From: Marsupella aquatica
Taxonomy: Eukaryota; Plantae; Marchantiophyta
Length of the DNA: 64,000 nt
Direction: 5' to 3'
NCBI GenBank assembly: GCA_973895155.1
Contig: OZ316892.1
Span: 26,559,233-26,623,232 of the forward strand
The translations under genes were made by a program, and so were the position numbers. Below the pieces are notes generated by a model. It had not been told where the DNA came from. It saw only the letters and a program-made list of their open reading frames with translations, and ran no database searches. Positions 60,179 through 64,000 of the stretch are shown in pieces. The number at the start of each line of letters is the position of its first letter. The stretch's first letter is position 1.

Positions 60179-63100
60179 TTACGTTTGGGCTGCTGGGGCG
60201 GGAGCTGCAGGTGTAGCTGCAGCCTGGGAGGAACCATTGTAGTCATAGCCTGTACTTGCAGCTTGGGGTGCAGCAGTGCCGTCAGCCGGTTGGGTGTATT
60301 GAGAAGGCTGGGTATAGCCCTGTTGAGTGTACCCTTGCTGGCTATACGCTGACTGATCTCCTGGGGTTTGACTGTAACCATACCCACCATTGTAAGCTTG
60401 CTGGCCATATCCTTGTTGGCCATACCCCTGCTGGGCATAGGCAGACTGATCACCATATGCCTGGGTCTGCGGTTGCTGATACCCTCCATAATACCCTTGT
60501 TGGCTATAGCCATAGCTTGAATCAGTTGCAGCTGCCACGCCGGTCTGAGGTGTGGTCTGCTGCGGGGTCTGCTGACTTTGTTGTGAATAGTAGTCATAAC
60601 CACCTGCTGCTTGTGGCTGCTGCGCAGGGGTTGCACTTCGCTGGTCCCAAGTAGACGAATATCCTGTGGTAGCAGTCTGCTGTGGATACCCTCCGTAAGC
60701 TGGTGGAGGGGGGACGGGATATTGCTGTGGGGGCGGGTATGGTGCGGGCTGTTGGTACCCATAACCAGGTTGCTGCATGGGAGGAGCAGCAGGTGGTCCC
60801 CATTGACCCTGGGGAGGACCGGGTGGGCGGTACGAACCTTGCTGATTGTACCCTCCTTGTGGGCCCCTTGCACGATTCTGCCACCGAACCAACAAAAAAA
60901 ATCCCATCACAATTAAAAGTTGCATGACAAAGTAGAGCAACAGAAAGGGCAAGTACCGACAAACCTGCATAGATGGCAATACTTCTTCCAAAACATGGGG
61001 GATCATCCGCGTCTCTTTACTCCATTCTAGCTTTGGGTTTGAAATATCAGGACAGCTCACAATACAGGACATCACGCCGGAGTAAGTGCCCAAGGACATT
61101 ACTGACAAACCGATGAACTTTAGGTATGTCATGAGGTAAGGCCATTTATTATAACCACAAAGGCAGTGTAGGCAACAAAAGAGCCGGAGATCCCTCACCT
61201 CGTAAGCATATTGGCTACCAGCGTGAGTCATCTTGTATGGGCCCCATCCTTCCTCAGTGCATTTAGGGTGCACCTGTTCCAGGGGCTCAAGCCCTTGCCC
61301 GTCCCACAGCCCGGAGGGGCTCCAGTGGACATTAAAGAAAACCTTACCCTTACCCTGAGATTTTTGAGATGCAATAAACCTTTTGACATACGTGATACAA
61401 TCCAGCATCACTAGATTCTAAGATGGGCAACTACTGTGTGCAAGCCGTGGGCAACTTTCTTGGGAAAGAAGCATTTATGTTCCAGAACTGTTCCCTAATA
61501 GAGATAAGGTCCACGACCCTCACAAACTTCATGGAAAACGTGATCTCGACATCACAATAGTTCATGCAGCAAAGCTACTCAGACCACATTACCTGGATTG
61601 TAACTTTCATCCAAAGTCGTTTCTGTCAGCGAGGGAGTAGCCTAAACTCAGTGGGTGAGCCGGTTGTCCAAGCCTTTCTCATCAACCAAAAGATAAAGAT
61701 GAGCAACGTACAAAGAACGAGCCGGACAATTGCCAGATATAGCATGTCTAGCAAGCTAGAAATCATCTAGGGCACCCTGTCCCGCAATTCTTGAACTAGA
61801 TAGGGTAAACATATTCAATCTCCCAGTCACTGATGATTTCCAGCAAGAACTACAAGATATAAGGTCATGATGAATGGATATGGCAAATTTACTACAATCT
61901 TCCGAGAAACAATCTTTAGGATGCAGGACAATGGGATCACCAATCTTGCAACGCTACGCTATATCATCCAAGAAGTGTATCGTTGGATTATGAAACCGGG
62001 TAGATGTCCAGAAGAGTATCTATAAGTAAATCTCCAAACAATGTAATTCGCAAATTCACATGTTTAATTCCTTTAGCCAAGAAACACTGCACGGCTAGCA
62101 AGCACGTTCGAGACCGTACCATATTTGGATGGCGCGACACATCCTCGCCTACTAAAGGCTGTCAAGAGGAGCTCAGTGAAAGTAGACATGGCCAATAATC
62201 TTACTCACATCAGCAGACTGTACTTTGTAAAACAGTCCGAGTCCCGCAGGGTATTCCTCGACAGGCTGTGGCATGCTAGTTTTACATATGAGAACAAATA
62301 GGTCCAAGTGCACAGTAGTAGGTACTCTAAACTCCGGACGATTGAGGTGTCACCGAAGAGGCAAAAATCCACACCATTTCTTTTTACATCCACTAGTTCA
62401 TTCCATGTGACTCCAGAATAAAAGGAAACTTGAGCCGAGGCACCAGAGATAATCCGGTAGAGTGACCACAAGCCAGACACAGCTGCAAATAAATCACTGT
62501 CCTGAAAGAAATCGAACATGTCCTCGCCAGAGCGGTAAATGGGTTCTAACCGGTCACATACCTCATCAATCACCTCTTTGATCAGCTCATGAGCCATATC
62601 CGTCTGCTTCTTGCTCCCAATCAAAGTAACCATCCTTTCTGTCGCACCTGGTTCAGTCTCTCCATCATTTTGAACCTGCAGGGGAACAAGCTATACACCA
62701 CATTAGGAAAAGTATTAGTAAGTAGCTGTATCCCTCAATAGCCGTAAATCAAGTACAACTACATTATCACAGTAGGGTCGCATATCAAATTTAAAAAGCA
62801 ACGTTTCTACACGTAAAAATGAATGAACACACCTGTATACGGGCTCCGGAACGTCCCTGCAAATTCTTAATCGTTTCGCCGCCCCGTCCAATAATAAGCC
62901 CAACCTGAAATAGTCCTCACCATTTTAAGTCAAAAGACCGTTCGGACGGCTTGAGAAACTAGCGACGGAATCAGTGCAGGTACACATTCTCCTCGACAGT
63001 CAGGAACTCACCTTGTTGTTTGGAACCTTGATTTGAACTTGATCTCCAGGAGGAGCGAGTCCTCCAAATCCACGAGCCACGAGCGCACCTGATCCTCCAG

Positions 63101-63648
63101 CAGCGGCCTGCTGTGTGTCTCCCCACAACACGTAACTATATAAATACTTTAACCAAAGTGCTTGAATACAGACCAAAACCAAAATGTGCGAAAAGCATGA
63201 TCGCGTGGAATCCCCGAAACATGCAGTGTACGGTTTAGTGGACACGGTGGTTACCATATCTATCACGTACAGCAACGCAGAAAGTAACGCAGATAGGAAC
63301 AGTGTACGGTACAGACCTCAGCAATGACATCCTTGATGAGCTGTTCCGCACGAGTTATTTGGTCTGGGGAGCCCATGAGTTCGACTTGCCGGGTTGGAGC
63401 GCGAGGGTCTGAATCGGCATCTCTTGCCACTTGTATCCTCGCTCCGGATTGATGTTGCAAATACTTAATAGTTTCCCCTCCTTTTCCAATCACAAGACCG
63501 ACCTTGGAGTTCGGCACGTCAATTTTCCGAGACTGGTTTCCTTGCTGGTTGTAATATGATGGCGCTTGATGGTAAGAATCTTGAGATTGGTTGTGCTGTG
63601 AATGGTCTTCTTGTTGTAGCTCCTGCCGCTGGATGTTGTGGTTGTGGT
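60179..63648 (-). CDS. FUBP-like two-KH-domain RNA-binding protein, 3' part (exons ~63317-63648, 63012-63107, 62833-62904, 62561-62675, 60179-60880); the 5' end is probably beyond the window
   Basis: KH1 [32 protein letters not shown]; KH2 IKVPNNK|[24 protein letters not shown]; Q/Y/G/P-rich C-terminus with GGYDYY. Confidence 0.9.
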
Positions 63649-64000
63649 CTGCTCCAGCAAAATGTGAAAGACACAGATGGTCATGGCGGGCCACTTTGCA
63701 AAAACGATCCCACAGCCAACACTACTACATGGTAGTCTCTAAGGACCCTTTGTACTTAACCATGTCAATCTGTCAGTGACACAACAATGCGAAGCCCCCA
63801 CCTCTTACAACAAGATCTGAGAACTCTTTCATCCAAAATGCATCATCTTGTTGCCTCTACATGCGGTCAGAGTGCGTCTCTTTGCAAGCCCCGTGCACAT
63901 AACTCTTTGCCCTATAGCCATCGTTGTGTCAAATGAGTCCTTATTCGTGCTCAAATAGGACTTTCATTGATCCAGAGCAAAGCTCGCTTTCCGCGCCAAT

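Noticed and set aside
60881-61411. N-terminal 176 aa of the 410-aa ORF 60179..61411
   Set aside because: Intron read-through; the real exon starts at the cag acceptor near 60880 (NRARGPQ).

Overview
Eukaryotic land-plant nuclear DNA with GT-AG introns, TTTAGGG telomere repeats and plastid-targeted genes; the gene style suggests a bryophyte, probably a liverwort (inference). Eleven protein-coding genes are recognisable: NdhS, TatA/Tha4, PDCD2/TSR4-like, NIFK/Nop15-like RRM, two family-1 UDP-glycosyltransferases, a PUB62-like U-box gene with a long C-terminal extension, a Sec14/CRAL-TRIO protein, an SMP-30-like beta-propeller, TTC1, and the 3' part of a FUBP-like KH protein. Intergenic DNA holds MITEs, LTR remnants and short tandem arrays. 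Two things stand out. (1) A complex duplication placed an inverted copy of the U-box gene's upstream region (apparent promoter and spliced 5' leader) directly in front of the second UGT copy, which has also lost part of its own upstream DNA: a candidate promoter-capture event. (2) A decayed but nearly full-length CRE-type non-LTR retrotransposon (zinc finger, RT, restriction-like endonuclease) lies at about 48.1-52.8 kb. Exon boundaries and alignments were read by eye and no database searches were run.
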